Positions 10,619 through 21,179 of a stretch of 64,000 nt of DNA are shown piece after piece. Origin of the DNA: Dehalococcoidia bacterium (GTDB taxonomy: Bacteria; Chloroflexota; Dehalococcoidia; DSTF01; JACRBR01); assembly GCA_021462855.1 (NCBI GenBank), contig JAJTXQ010000014.1, positions 42,042 through 106,041 on the forward strand, in the 5' to 3' direction. The position numbers and the translations under genes were made by a program. Under the pieces are notes generated by a model. It saw only the letters and a program-made list of their open reading frames with translations. It ran no database searches and was not told the origin of the DNA. The stretch's first letter is position 1, and every line of letters begins with the position of its first letter.

Positions 10619-12388
10619 ATGCCGGCCGAAGTCCTTTACCGCAAATGGCGCCCCCAGCGCTTCGCCGACGTCTCCGGACAGGAGGTCGTGAAGCGCACGC
10701 TCACGAACGCGCTCGCGCAGGGCAAGGTCTCGCACGCCTACCTCTTCTCCGGCCCGCGCGGCACCGGCAAGACGACGATGGGCCGCCTGCTCACAAAGGC
10801 GATCAACTGCGAGCGCATCCAGGACGCGGCCGGCGAGCCATGCAACGAGTGCGCATCCTGCATCGCGTTCAACGCCGGCACCGCGCTCGACCTCGTCGAG
10901 CTCGATGGCGCGAGCAACCGCGGCATCGACGAGATCCGCAAACTGCGCGAGAACGTCGGCTACATGCCGATGGCCGGCAGCGGCGCGCACAAGGTCTACC
11001 TGATCGACGAAGTGCACATGCTCACCGACCAGGCATTCAACGCCCTCCTCAAGACGCTCGAAGAACCGCCGCCGCACATCGTCTTCATCCTCGCGACCAC
11101 CGACGCGCACAAGGTGCCGCCGACCATCGTCTCGCGCTGCCAGCGGCTCGACTTCCGCCGCATCCCGCTCGGCGCGATCGTCGATCGGCTCGCGCACATC
11201 GCCGCGAACGAGGGCATCGCCATCCCGCGCGAAGGGCTCGAGTTGGTCGCCCGCAGCGCCACCGGCAGCCTGCGCGACGCGATCAACCTGCTCGAGCAAA
11301 TCTGCGACTCCTGGGGCAAGGAGGCCACGCTCGAAGCCGTCCGCGAGGGACTCGGCCTGATCGCCGACGAGCGCGCCGCCGGCCTCGCGCTGCAGGCGGT
11401 GCACGCCGACCTCGCCGGCGCGCTCTCCACCATCGGCGCCGTCCGCGACGACGGCATCGACCTCAAGCAGTTTCAGAAGGAAGTGGTCGCGCGCCTGCGC
11501 GAATTACTGCTCGTGCAGGCCGGCGCCGAGGGCGATGCCACGTACACGCCCGAGCAGGTCGACGCGATGCGCGAGAGCATCGCCGGGGTGCCGGGCGAGC
11601 GCATCGTCCGCGTGCTCAAGCTGTTCAGCCAGGCGGACCTGCGGCAGGATCAGCTCTCGCCGCTGCCGCTCGAGCTCGCCATCGCCGAGTCGATGGTCGC
11701 GCCCGCCGCAACGCAACCCGCCGCGTCGACCACCACGCAACGGCCCGCGCCGCCGATGCAGCGGCCCGCCTCACCTGCGCCCGCCGCGCGCCCGGCTCCG
11801 TCCTCTCGTGCGCCCGCGCGCCCGGCGCCGCAACCGCGCGCGCCCGAGCATCTGCGCCGCGACAACATCACCGGCGCATCGGCCGAGGACATCGCGCGGA
11901 TGGTCGGCAGCAAGGGGCCGGTGATCCCGCCCGCGACCGACGAGCCGGAGGGCGACGCACCGGCAGCAGCGCCCGCGACGGGGAACGGCGGCCAGGACCA
12001 GCCCGCCGCCGCGCCGGCGGCCGAGGGCGCGCACATCGGCGATGACGGCGTCGACCTCGACGCGTTCGTCAGCCAGCACCTGCGCCCGGCGGCGCGCAAA
12101 CGCTCGATGAAGCTCGACGCGCTGCTCAACGGCACCTGCCGCGCCGTCTCGTGGCAGGACGGCGTGCTCACGCTCGGCTTCTACCAGGACGCGTATCCGA
12201 AGAAGACGGCCGAGGAGCCGGCGAACCGCAAGGCGTACGAGGAGATCGCGTCGGCGCTGCTCGGGAAGCCCGTCTCGATCCGGTGTATCATTGCGCCGAG
12301 ACAGGCGAAGGCGCTGAGCAAGAGCCCGCTCGTCCAGCACGCCGTCCAGAACCTCGGCGCGACGATCGTCTCCGACGACGAAGACTGA
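10619..12388 (+). CDS. dnaX: DNA polymerase III subunits gamma/tau
   Basis: LYRKWRPQRFADVSGQE..., Walker A GPRGTGKTT, zinc module CNECASC and a Pro/Ala-rich tau linker; followed by ybaB-recR. Confidence 0.92.
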   Translation: MPAEVLYRKWRPQRFADVSGQEVVKRTLTNALAQGKVSHAYLFSGPRGTGKTTMGRLLTKAINCERIQDAAGEPCNECASCIAFNAGTALDLVELDGASNRGIDEIRKLRENVGYMPMAGSGAHKVYLIDEVHMLTDQAFNALLKTLEEPPPHIVFILATTDAHKVPPTIVSRCQRLDFRRIPLGAIVDRLAHIAANEGIAIPREGLELVARSATGSLRDAINLLEQICDSWGKEATLEAVREGLGLIADERAAGLALQAVHADLAGALSTIGAVRDDGIDLKQFQKEVVARLRELLLVQAGAEGDATYTPEQVDAMRESIAGVPGERIVRVLKLFSQADLRQDQLSPLPLELAIAESMVAPAATQPAASTTTQRPAPPMQRPASPAPAARPAPSSRAPARPAPQPRAPEHLRRDNITGASAEDIARMVGSKGPVIPPATDEPEGDAPAAAPATGNGGQDQPAAAPAAEGAHIGDDGVDLDAFVSQHLRPAARKRSMKLDALLNGTCRAVSWQDGVLTLGFYQDAYPKKTAEEPANRKAYEEIASALLGKPVSIRCIIAPRQAKALSKSPLVQHAVQNLGATIVSDDED

Positions 12389-12410
12389 GCCGCACAGCAG
12401 GAGCACCGAC

Positions 12411-12734
12411 ATGGCCATGAACCGCGACATGATGGCGAAGCTCGCCCAGATGCAGGAGCGTCTCGTCAAGGCGCAGGCCGACCTCGGCGAGAAGCGCGCG
12501 GAGGGCACGTCGGGCGGCGGCGCCGTCACGATCGTCCTCACCGGCGGCATGAAGGTCGACTCGCTCAAGATCAACCCGGAGGTCATCGACCCCGATGACC
12601 CCGAGATGCTCGAGGACCTGCTCACCGCCGCCCTGAACGAAGTCCTGGCGAAGGTGCAGTCGCTGCAGATGGGCCAGCTTGCCGGGCTCGCCGGCAGCCT
12701 CGGCATCGGCGGGCTGCCGGGCCTGGCGCCCTAG
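12411..12734 (+). CDS. ybaB: YbaB/EbfC nucleoid-associated protein
   Basis: 107 aa; [18 protein letters not shown]...[33 protein letters not shown] is canonical YbaB; AGGAG SD. Confidence 0.9.
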   Translation: MAMNRDMMAKLAQMQERLVKAQADLGEKRAEGTSGGGAVTIVLTGGMKVDSLKINPEVIDPDDPEMLEDLLTAALNEVLAKVQSLQMGQLAGLAGSLGIGGLPGLAP

Positions 12735-12754
12735 GCGGCGCACCCGCGCGCGAT

Positions 12755-13366
12755 ATGAACGAACAACTCGGCGCCGCGCCCGCGCCGGTCACCCGCCTGA
12801 TCGAGGAGTTCCACCGCCTCCCCGGCATCGGCCCAAAGAGCGCGCAGCGTCTCACCTACCACCTGCTCCGCGTCCCGCACGGCGACGCCGTTGCGCTCGC
12901 GCAGGCGATCATCGAGCTCAAGGAGCGCACGGTGCTGTGCTCCGTCTGCCAGAACGTCACCGAGGACGACCCGTGCGCGATCTGCCGCGACGACCGCCGC
13001 GACCGCGCCGTCATCTGCGTCGTCGAGGAGCCGCTCGACATCCTCGCGGTCGAGCGCACGCGGGGGTTTCACGGCCTGTATCACGTGCTGCACGGCGTGA
13101 TCTCGCCGATGGAAGGCATCGGGCCGGAGGACCTGAAGGTCAACGAACTCCTCGCGCGCGTGCGCGGCGGCGCCGTGCAGGAGGTGATCATGGCGACGAA
13201 CCCGAACCTCGAGGGCGAGGCGACGGCGATGTACGCCAGCCGGCTGCTGACGCCGCTCGGCGTGCGCGTCACGCGCCTCGCGCGCGGCCTGCCGATGGGC
13301 AGCGACCTCGAGTACGCCGACGACGTGACGCTCTCGCGCGCGATCGAGAACCGGCAGGACGTCTGA
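12755..13366 (+). CDS. recR: recombination protein RecR
   Basis: [12 protein letters not shown] helix-hairpin-helix, C4 zinc finger CSVCQNV...CAIC, and Toprim region; conserved dnaX-ybaB-recR order. Confidence 0.92.
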   Translation: MNEQLGAAPAPVTRLIEEFHRLPGIGPKSAQRLTYHLLRVPHGDAVALAQAIIELKERTVLCSVCQNVTEDDPCAICRDDRRDRAVICVVEEPLDILAVERTRGFHGLYHVLHGVISPMEGIGPEDLKVNELLARVRGGAVQEVIMATNPNLEGEATAMYASRLLTPLGVRVTRLARGLPMGSDLEYADDVTLSRAIENRQDV

Positions 13367-13406
13367 GCACTCGCGCCAGCACCTCCCCTCGCGTAGCATC
13401 AACCCG

Positions 13407-15272
13407 ATGAAGCTCCACCTCGCACCCGCGCCATCGAGCGTCGCCTCCGCCGGCGGCTACCACACGCTCGCCCGCGACCGCACCATCGTCATCGCCTGCG
13501 ACGGCCGCGACGCCTGCATGGCCGGCGCGCGCGCGCTCCGCGATGCGATCGACCGCTACGCCGGCGGCCGCTGGGAGATCCGCGCCGCCAGCGGCCTCGC
13601 CGAGCGCGAGGGCGCCGTCGCGGTCATCGACCGGCGCGCCGTGCGCCAGCGCGAGGGCTATCACCTGACCATCGGCGACGAGCGGATCGGCATCGTCGCG
13701 CACGACACCGCCGGCATCCAGCACGCGTTCAGCACACTGACCCAGATCGTGCGGCAGTGCGGCCGCCGCCTCCCGCGCCTGCACATCGAGGACGCGCCGG
13801 CGTTCGCGCACCGCGGCGTCATGCTCGACATCAGCCGCGACAAAGTGCCGACGATGCAGACGCTGTACGGCCTCGTCGACATGCTCGCCGGCTGGAAGAT
13901 CAACCAGTTCCAGCTCTACATGGAGCACACGTTCGCCTACCAACAGCACCGCGCCGTGTGGAAGGACGCCTCGCCGCTCACCGGCGAGGAGGTGCTCGCG
14001 CTCGACGCATACTGCCGCGCGCGGCACATCGACCTGGTGCCGAACCAGAACAGCTTCGGCCACATGGCGCGCTGGCTCGAGCACAAGCCGTACAACGGCC
14101 TCGCCGAGGCGCCGCGCGGCACGACGCTGCCGTGGGGCAAGCTGCCGCCGTTCACCCTCGACCCCGCGGACCATCGCTCGATCGAGCTGGTCGAGGGGCT
14201 GTACGCGGAGCTGCTGCCGCACTTCACGAGCCGCCTCTTCAACGTCGGCTGCGACGAAACGTTCGACCTCGGCCGCGGCAAAAGCGCCGACGCCGTCGCG
14301 AAGCGCGGCGCCGGGCGCGTATACCTCGACTTCCTGCTGAAGGTCCACGCGCTCTGCGCGCGCCACGACCGGCAGATGATGTTCTGGGGCGACATCATCC
14401 TGCAGCACCCGGAGCTGATCCCCGAGCTGCCCCGCGACGTCATCGCGCTCGAGTGGGGCTACGAGCACGACCACCCGTTCCGGCAGGACGCCAAGGCGTT
14501 CCGAGGCGCGGGCGTCCAGTACTACGTGTGCCCCGGCGCCGGCGGCTGGAACTCGCTCATCGGCCGGCTCGACAACGCGGTCGAAAACATCCGCAACGCG
14601 ACGACGAACGGCAAGCGCCACGGCGCGTCCGGCGTGCTCAACACGGAGTGGGGCGACAACGGCCACATGCAGCCACTGGCCGTCGCCTGGCCCGGCATGC
14701 TCTACGGCGCCGCCATGTCGTGGTCGCCGCGCGAGAGCGCCTCGCTCGACCTTGCGGCGGCCCTGAGCCTGCACGCGTTCGACGATCCCTCGGGCGCCAC
14801 CGGGCGCGCGGCCGTCGAGCTCGGCAACGCGTACCAGGTGAACGGCGCGAAGACGCGCAACGGCTCGCTGCTCGCGCAGCTCTACTTCCTTCCGCTCGAC
14901 AACGAGTGGCCGATGAGCCGCGTGCGCCCCGGCGGGTTCGGGGACACGCGCGACCACATCGCCAGCGCGATTGAACGCGTCGACGCCGCGAACATGCGCC
15001 GGGAAGACGCCGGCCAGGTTGCACGCGAGCTGCGCTGCGCCGCGCGCATGGCGAGCGCCGGCGCAACCATCGGCGAGGCGAAGCACGTGCGCGCCAGCGG
15101 CGGGTCCGCATCCAGGGAGCGCGCGGCGTGGAAGCGCGCTGCCCGCTCGCTCGCCGATGTCACCCCGGAGTACGAGCGGCTGTGGCTCGCACGGAACCGC
15201 CCGGGCGGCCTGCGCGACAGCGTCGCCCGCATCGACGCGCTCGTCGCCGCCCTGCGCAAGGCCGCCGGGTGA
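13407..15272 (+). CDS. beta-N-acetylhexosaminidase, glycoside hydrolase family 20
   Basis: GH20 catalytic region RGVMLDISRD..., HIDLVPNQNSFGHM and the D-E pair in FNVGCDETF. No signal peptide seen. Confidence 0.8.
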   Translation: MKLHLAPAPSSVASAGGYHTLARDRTIVIACDGRDACMAGARALRDAIDRYAGGRWEIRAASGLAEREGAVAVIDRRAVRQREGYHLTIGDERIGIVAHDTAGIQHAFSTLTQIVRQCGRRLPRLHIEDAPAFAHRGVMLDISRDKVPTMQTLYGLVDMLAGWKINQFQLYMEHTFAYQQHRAVWKDASPLTGEEVLALDAYCRARHIDLVPNQNSFGHMARWLEHKPYNGLAEAPRGTTLPWGKLPPFTLDPADHRSIELVEGLYAELLPHFTSRLFNVGCDETFDLGRGKSADAVAKRGAGRVYLDFLLKVHALCARHDRQMMFWGDIILQHPELIPELPRDVIALEWGYEHDHPFRQDAKAFRGAGVQYYVCPGAGGWNSLIGRLDNAVENIRNATTNGKRHGASGVLNTEWGDNGHMQPLAVAWPGMLYGAAMSWSPRESASLDLAAALSLHAFDDPSGATGRAAVELGNAYQVNGAKTRNGSLLAQLYFLPLDNEWPMSRVRPGGFGDTRDHIASAIERVDAANMRREDAGQVARELRCAARMASAGATIGEAKHVRASGGSASRERAAWKRAARSLADVTPEYERLWLARNRPGGLRDSVARIDALVAALRKAAG

Positions 15273-15730
15273 CGCGGCGCTTCACCATCGCGCTCCGCGC
15301 TGACGTCGCGGCGCCCGGGCTCGACACGCGAGCGCTGCGGGCGCTCGCCCGGCGCGCGCTGGCGTCGGAGCGCGTCGACCCGCCGGCCGAGCTCAGCATC
15401 GTGCTGGCCGGCGATGCGGCCGTGCGTGCGCTCAACCGCGAGTACCGCAAGACCGACCGCCCGACCGACGTCCTGTCGTTCGCCCAGTCCGAGGGGGAGC
15501 CGTTCGCGCGGCCGGAGCGCGAAGCGCGGCACCTGGGCGATGTCATCATCTCGGTGGACACGGCCGGGCGGCGAGCGGCGGAGCAGGGGATCGACGTTGA
15601 AGACGAGGTGGAGCACTTGCTGGTGCACGGCATCCTGCACCTGCTCGGCCACGACCACGAAACGGCCGCCGAGGCGGCGATCATGCGCTCGCACGAGGAC
15701 GCGATCCTCGGCCGCGCGCATCACGACTGA
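15269..15730 (+). CDS. ybeY: rRNA maturation RNase YbeY
   Basis: HLLVHGILHLLGHDHE zinc-binding motif. GTG 15269 overlaps the hexosaminidase TGA stop (GTGA). Confidence 0.85.
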   Translation: MTRRFTIALRADVAAPGLDTRALRALARRALASERVDPPAELSIVLAGDAAVRALNREYRKTDRPTDVLSFAQSEGEPFARPEREARHLGDVIISVDTAGRRAAEQGIDVEDEVEHLLVHGILHLLGHDHETAAEAAIMRSHEDAILGRAHHD

Positions 15731-15917
15731 TGCGGGCAGCGTGAAGGGCCGTGCAGGCCAGTTCGGCCCCGCGCGGCCCCTCACATCGGATGCTGTGGTT
15801 GGGTTGCGGCTGATGCCCTCAGGTCGCTCCGTCGCAGCGAAGCCGCAGCATCTTCACCAGAAGCATCGGCCGCCGGGATGCCGTCCGCGTAGGGGAACTG
15901 CCGGATGTTTCGGGTGT

Positions 15918-16043
15918 TCAGTCGCGGCGCGAGCGGCGCTCCTCGCGCCAGGCGTCGTAGCGCGCCCACAGCCCGAACACGTCCGCCACCCACACCAGGA
16001 TGAAGCCGAGCAGGACGATGTACAGGATTTCGCCGGCGTTCAT
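15918..16043 (-). CDS. 41-aa single-TM micro-protein (MNAGEILYIVLLGFILVWVADVFGLWARYDAWREERRSRRD)
   Basis: Not in the ORF track as an independent ORF (too short). ATG 16043 is preceded by a GGGAGG SD at 6 nt; hydrophobic core plus a basic tail. Lies 170 nt downstream of nuoN. Confidence 0.35.
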   Translation of the reverse strand: MNAGEILYIVLLGFILVWVADVFGLWARYDAWREERRSRRD

Positions 16044-16216
16044 CGATGCCTCCCTGCGCATACGCGTGACCCGATCGTGCCCTGTTTCAGCGGCCGCGTC
16101 CAGATCCCTTTGACAAGTACAACTTGACAAGCGACATCTCGTGGTGTCGCGGCCACGCGTGGCCGCCAAAGGACGCGCGCGCTGTCGGAAGGCGCGTGCC
16201 GGTGGCCCGTGGCGAG

Positions 16217-17698
16217 CTACGCGAAGGCGTGGACGGCCCGCTGTGCCGCCTCGATGAGGGGGATGGGATAGACGAAGAACACGCACACGCCCGCCGCCGC
16301 CGCGACGAGCACGGCCTGCGTCGTCAGCGCGGGGCGGAGATCCTCGCCCGGTTCGCCATCGCCGCGATACATCTGCCGCGCCAGCCCGAGGTAGTAGAAC
16401 GCTGACACGACCGTGTTCAGCACGGCGATCATGACGAGCCACACCAGGTCCGCCCGCATGCCCGCGTTGAAGATGTACATCTTCGCCCAGAAGCCGGCCG
16501 TGGGCGGCAGGCCCGTCAGCGACAGTAGGCAAATCGTCAGCACCAGCGCCGCCAGCGGCGACCGCCGCGCGATACCGGCGTAATCCTCGATCTCGTCGCT
16601 GCCGGTCCGGTTGCCGATCGCCATTACCGCGAAGAACGCACCGAGGTTCGTGAAGGCGTACGTCGCGATGAAGAACACCACGCCACTCGCGCCGAGCGCC
16701 GTGCCGTCCGACGTCGACGAGATCGCCGCGAGCCCGACGAGGAAGTTGCCCGCCTGCGCGATCGAGCTGTAACCGAGCAGCCGCCGCACGTTCGTCTGGC
16801 GCAGCGCCATCACGTTGCCGACCGTCATCGACACGGCGGCGAGGACGGCGAACATCATCTTCCAATCCTCACCCACGAACGTGTCCGCGCCGAATCCCTC
16901 GAAGAAGACGCGCAACACCACCGCGAACGCCGCCGCCTTGCTGCCGACCGACAGCAACGCCGCCACCGGCGTCGGCGAGCCCTGGTACACGTCGGGCGTC
17001 CACATCTGGAACGGCACGATCGACATCTTGAATCCGAACCCGGCCGCGAGGAACACCATGCTCACGAGCAGCGCCGAGCGGATGCCGCTGTCGCCCGCCG
17101 CGATCGCCCCCGCGATGCTCGCGCCGCCGTCCGTCGCGACCAGCCGCGTCGTGCCGGCGATGCCGAACAGGAACGCCATGCCGTACAGCACCACCGCCGA
17201 TGAGATCGCGCCGAGCAGCAGGTACTTGATCGCCGCCTCGCTGCCCCGGTCATCGCGCAGGAACCCGGCGAGGATGAACTGCGTGATGCTCGTCAGCTCG
17301 AGCGCGACGAAGATCGCCACCAGGTCGCGCGATCCCGCGAGCAGCATCATCCCCGCTGTCGCGACGAGCACGAGCGCGAAGAACTCGCCCTTGTGGCTGC
17401 CGAACCGCTCGACGTACTCGAGCGACGCGAGCAGCACCGCGCCCGCGACGCCGATGAACAGGAACGTGAAGAAGATCGTGAAGTCGTCGAGCGCCATCGA
17501 GTCGCTGAAATACGACGCCTGGCGGTCGCGCGCGATCAGCTGCACCATCCACGCCGCCGACGCGGCAAGCCCGAGCAGGGCGACGCCGGCGAGCCACTTC
17601 TCGCGGCGGCGCGGCACGACGAGGTCGGCGAGCACGATCAGTCCCGCCGCCACCAGCACCGCCAGCACCGGGCCGAGCCGGTCGAGATCCTGCAGCAT
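16217..17698 (-). CDS. nuoN: NADH-quinone oxidoreductase subunit N
   Basis: 493 aa, about 14 TM, ND2/NuoN-like; its start overlaps the nuoM stop (ATGA). Confidence 0.9.
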   Translation of the reverse strand: MLQDLDRLGPVLAVLVAAGLIVLADLVVPRRREKWLAGVALLGLAASAAWMVQLIARDRQASYFSDSMALDDFTIFFTFLFIGVAGAVLLASLEYVERFGSHKGEFFALVLVATAGMMLLAGSRDLVAIFVALELTSITQFILAGFLRDDRGSEAAIKYLLLGAISSAVVLYGMAFLFGIAGTTRLVATDGGASIAGAIAAGDSGIRSALLVSMVFLAAGFGFKMSIVPFQMWTPDVYQGSPTPVAALLSVGSKAAAFAVVLRVFFEGFGADTFVGEDWKMMFAVLAAVSMTVGNVMALRQTNVRRLLGYSSIAQAGNFLVGLAAISSTSDGTALGASGVVFFIATYAFTNLGAFFAVMAIGNRTGSDEIEDYAGIARRSPLAALVLTICLLSLTGLPPTAGFWAKMYIFNAGMRADLVWLVMIAVLNTVVSAFYYLGLARQMYRGDGEPGEDLRPALTTQAVLVAAAAGVCVFFVYPIPLIEAAQRAVHAFA

Positions 17699-19197
17699 CA
17701 GCCCAGCCTCTGGACGATGTTCAGCATGCCGCTGTCCAGCACGTCAACCACCAGCGACGGCCGCACGCCGACCGCGACGATCACGAGCACCAGCGCCGCC
17801 ATCGGCACGCGCTCCCACCACTGGTCCGCATCGGGCACGTGCGCCCAGCGCTCGTGGCGCGGCCCGAAGAACACGCGCTGCGCCATCCACGTGATGTAGC
17901 CCGCCGACAGCAGGATGCCGATCACCGCGGCGATCGTCGGCAGAGTGTACTTGTCGAAGCTGCCGAGGAACACGAACAGCTCGGCGACGAACCCAGAGAG
18001 CGCCGGCAGCCCGAGCGACGCCAGCCCGGCGATGATCATCACCGTCGCCGTGAGCGGCATGGTGTGCGCGAGCCCGCCCAGCTGGTCGATGTCGCGGGTG
18101 TGCGTCCGGTCATAGATCACGCCGACCATCAGGAACAGCAGTCCCGTGATCGTGCCGTGCGTGAACATCTGCAACGCGGCGCCGCTCATCGACAGGTGCC
18201 CGAGCGCGGCGACCCCGAGCAGCACGTACCCCATGTGGCTCACCGATGAATACGCCACGAGCCGCTTCAGGTCCTTCTGCCGGAGCGTCAGCACCGCGCC
18301 GTAGATCACCGAGATCGCGGCGAGCGTGGCCATCCACACGCCGTAGTCCTTCGCCGTCTCGGGCAATAGCGTGACGAGGATGCGCAGCATGCCGTAGCCG
18401 CCCATCTTCAGCAGCACGCCGGCGAGGATCACCGACACGGCGGTCGGCGCGTCGGTGTGCGCATCCGGCAGCCACGTGTGCAGCGGGAACATCGGCAGCT
18501 TCACCGCGAACGCGATGAAGATGAACCCGAAGATCACCCACAGCGGCAGCAGCGCATCGCCGATCGTCGACTGTTGCAGCGCCACCATGTCGAACGTGGG
18601 ATCCGGCTGTGCGCTGAACCCCATCGCCAGGAACCCGACGAGCATGAACGCCGACCCGGCGACGGTGTACAGGACGAACTTCATCGCCGAGTACTCCTTG
18701 CGGCCGCTCCCCCAGATCGAGATGAGCATGTACATCGGCAGCAGTTCGACTTCCCAGAAGAAGAAGAACATCAGCAGGTCGAGCGAGGTGAAGACGCCGA
18801 GCCCCCCCGTCTCGAGCGCGAGCAGCCAGATGAAGTACTCCTTCGGCCGCAGCGTCACGCCGAACGAGATCAGCGTCGCGATGACGAAGAGGAACGTCGT
18901 GAGCAGCACCATCGTCACGCCGAGGCCGTCGACGCCGAGGTGGAACTGCACGTCGAACCCGGCCGACGCGGCGTCGATCCACGTGCCCTGCGACTCGAAC
19001 TGGAACGGGTTCGCCGCGACCTCGCCCGGGTGCCGGTCGAACGCGAACACGAGCACGACCGACGCGGCAAACGACGCGCCCGTCGCCATCAGCGCGAGCC
19101 ACTTCGCCTGACCCTGGCTGTCGCGCGGCACGGCCAGCATGAGCACGGCCGCGGCCACCGCCGGGAAGAACACCGTGAAGACCAGCACGCCGTTCAT
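17698..19197 (-). CDS. nuoM: NADH-quinone oxidoreductase subunit M
   Basis: 499 aa; ND4-type antiporter-like subunit (LLMFFFFWEVELLPMY, broken-helix motifs). Confidence 0.9.
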   Translation of the reverse strand: MNGVLVFTVFFPAVAAAVLMLAVPRDSQGQAKWLALMATGASFAASVVLVFAFDRHPGEVAANPFQFESQGTWIDAASAGFDVQFHLGVDGLGVTMVLLTTFLFVIATLISFGVTLRPKEYFIWLLALETGGLGVFTSLDLLMFFFFWEVELLPMYMLISIWGSGRKEYSAMKFVLYTVAGSAFMLVGFLAMGFSAQPDPTFDMVALQQSTIGDALLPLWVIFGFIFIAFAVKLPMFPLHTWLPDAHTDAPTAVSVILAGVLLKMGGYGMLRILVTLLPETAKDYGVWMATLAAISVIYGAVLTLRQKDLKRLVAYSSVSHMGYVLLGVAALGHLSMSGAALQMFTHGTITGLLFLMVGVIYDRTHTRDIDQLGGLAHTMPLTATVMIIAGLASLGLPALSGFVAELFVFLGSFDKYTLPTIAAVIGILLSAGYITWMAQRVFFGPRHERWAHVPDADQWWERVPMAALVLVIVAVGVRPSLVVDVLDSGMLNIVQRLG

Positions 19198-21165
19198 CTA
19201 CCGCTCCACCAGCAACAGCATCAGGAGCGACGCAATGACGAGGCCGGCGAAGCCGACCGTGCCATACGCCTGCACCGAACCCGACTGCACCCAGCGCAGC
19301 GTGTCGCCCGCACGGCGCGTCAGCGCCCCGGCGCCGTTCACCGCGCCATCGACGACGTTCGTGTCGAACCACTGGCCGGCGCGCGTCGCGAACGCGTACA
19401 GCCCGCGCCGCACGACGACGTCCTCGTACAGCTCGTCCATGTAGTACTTGCGCGCGACGAGCGTATGCACAGGGCCGAACGTCCTCTGCAGGTCGTCCGC
19501 CGGCACGACGCGCCGGACGTAGATCGCCCACGCCAGCGCGATGCCCGCGAGCGCGAGCGCCGTCGACGCGGCGGCGATGACGGCGTTGAACCCCGCGTGG
19601 TGCAGCGCGTGCGCCGACTCCTCCGGCAGCGAGCCGTGCAGCAGGTGGCCGAGGGCCTGGAGCGAGTCGTTCGGCACGTTCGTGAACCCCGCGAGCGCCG
19701 CCGGCACCGCGAGCACCAGGAGCGGCGCCGCCATCACCCACGGCGATTCGTGCGGCGTGCCGTGGTGCGCGTTGCCATGCTCGGGCGCCTCGCCGCCGCG
19801 GTACTCGCCCTCGAACGTCATGAAGACGGCGCGGAACGAGTAGAACGCGGTCATGAACACCACCGCCATCGCGACGAAGAACAGCAGCTTGTCGTCGTGC
19901 CATACCGTGCCGAGGATTTCGTCCTTCGACCAGAACCCCGCGAGCGGAAACACCCCAGCCAGGCTCAGCGAACCGATCAAGAACGTCGCCCACGTGATCG
20001 GCATGGACCGCCGCAGCCCGCCCATCTTGCGCATGTCGAACGTGCCCGTTGCGTGGTTCACCGAGCCCGAGCCCAGGAACAGCATCGCCTTGAAGTACGC
20101 GTGCGTGAACAGGTGGAAGATCGCCGCAACATACCCGCCGGCGCCAAGCGCCAGCATCATGTAGCCGAGCTGGCTGATCGTCGAGTACGCGAGCACGCGC
20201 TTGATGTCCGTCATCACGATGCCCATCGACGCCGCGAAGATCGCCGTGAACCCGCCGATGTACGCCACCGTCGTCATCGCCACGTCGGACGCCTGGAACA
20301 CGGGGAACATCCGCGCGACGAGGTACACGCCGGCGGCGACCATCGTCGCGGCGTGGATCAGCGCGGACACCGGCGTCGGGCCTTCCATCGCGTCCGGAAG
20401 CCATACGTGGAGCGGGAACTGGGCCGACTTGCCGACGGCGCCCGCAAACAGGCCGAGCGCAAAGAGCGTGATTACCGTGTCGGAGAGCGCACCGCTATGC
20501 GCCATCTCCTGCAGCACGGGGATGTCGAACGTGCCCGCCTTCGTCCACACGAGCAGGATCGCCAGCAAGAAGCCGATATCGCCGAGGCGCGTCGTCAGGA
20601 ACGCCTTCTTCGCCGCGTCGGCCGCCGACGGCTTGTGGAACCAGAACCCGATCAGCAGATACGACCCCAGCCCGACGAGCTCCCAGAACACGTAGATCAT
20701 CAGGATCGAGTCGAACAGCAGCAGGCCAAGCATTGCCGCCGTGAAGAGCGACATCCACGCGAAGTAGCGCGAGTAACCGCCGTCGTGCTCCATGTAGCCC
20801 TGCGAGTACACCTGGACGAGCAGCGAGACCGACGTCACGACGACCAGCATCACCGCGCTGAGCCCGTCGATGTTCAGGGCGAGACGGACCTCCAGCGACT
20901 GCCCGCCGAGGCGTTGCAACACGGGGTTGTCGGTGTGGACCTTCACCCACTCGTACGAGCTGAACGCCAGGCGATGGCCGTCGCTTTCGATGATGCTGTC
21001 CAGCACCCACAGCGATAGCAGGAACGCCGTTCCGATCGCCGCGATCGTCACGTAGCCCGACAACCGCGGGTACGGCTTCGTCACGAACCCGATGATCAGC
21101 AGCGAGGCGACCGGCAGCAGCAGGATCGCCCAGACCACACCCTCGGGGACCACCGGAAGCAGCAC
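19198..21165 (-). CDS. nuoL: NADH-quinone oxidoreductase subunit L
   Basis: 655 aa ND5-type with a long C-terminal amphipathic helix region; GTG start with AAGGAGAA SD. Confidence 0.9.
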   Translation of the reverse strand: MLLPVVPEGVVWAILLLPVASLLIIGFVTKPYPRLSGYVTIAAIGTAFLLSLWVLDSIIESDGHRLAFSSYEWVKVHTDNPVLQRLGGQSLEVRLALNIDGLSAVMLVVVTSVSLLVQVYSQGYMEHDGGYSRYFAWMSLFTAAMLGLLLFDSILMIYVFWELVGLGSYLLIGFWFHKPSAADAAKKAFLTTRLGDIGFLLAILLVWTKAGTFDIPVLQEMAHSGALSDTVITLFALGLFAGAVGKSAQFPLHVWLPDAMEGPTPVSALIHAATMVAAGVYLVARMFPVFQASDVAMTTVAYIGGFTAIFAASMGIVMTDIKRVLAYSTISQLGYMMLALGAGGYVAAIFHLFTHAYFKAMLFLGSGSVNHATGTFDMRKMGGLRRSMPITWATFLIGSLSLAGVFPLAGFWSKDEILGTVWHDDKLLFFVAMAVVFMTAFYSFRAVFMTFEGEYRGGEAPEHGNAHHGTPHESPWVMAAPLLVLAVPAALAGFTNVPNDSLQALGHLLHGSLPEESAHALHHAGFNAVIAAASTALALAGIALAWAIYVRRVVPADDLQRTFGPVHTLVARKYYMDELYEDVVVRRGLYAFATRAGQWFDTNVVDGAVNGAGALTRRAGDTLRWVQSGSVQAYGTVGFAGLVIASLLMLLLVER

Positions 21166-21179
21166 GCGTTCTCCTTACG

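Noticed and set aside
9072-11404. ORFs 9072..10274 (+), 9913..10620 (-) and 10340..11404 (-) overlapping HD-GYP and dnaX
   Set aside because: Low-complexity shadow frames.
11700-12060. Pro/Ala-rich repetitive stretch inside dnaX
   Set aside because: Normal low-complexity tau linker, not a repeat element.
13269-15784. ORF 13269..15086 (-), ORF 13757..14974 (+) and ORF 14882..15784 (-) over the GH20/ybeY genes
   Set aside because: Shadow frames; the GH20 frame carries the catalytic motifs.
18110-21018. 764-aa ORF 18110..20404 (-) and 853-aa ORF 18457..21018 (+) across nuoL/nuoM
   Set aside because: Extremely R/D/G/H-rich with no TM helices, and out of frame with the clearly conserved NuoL/NuoM sequences.
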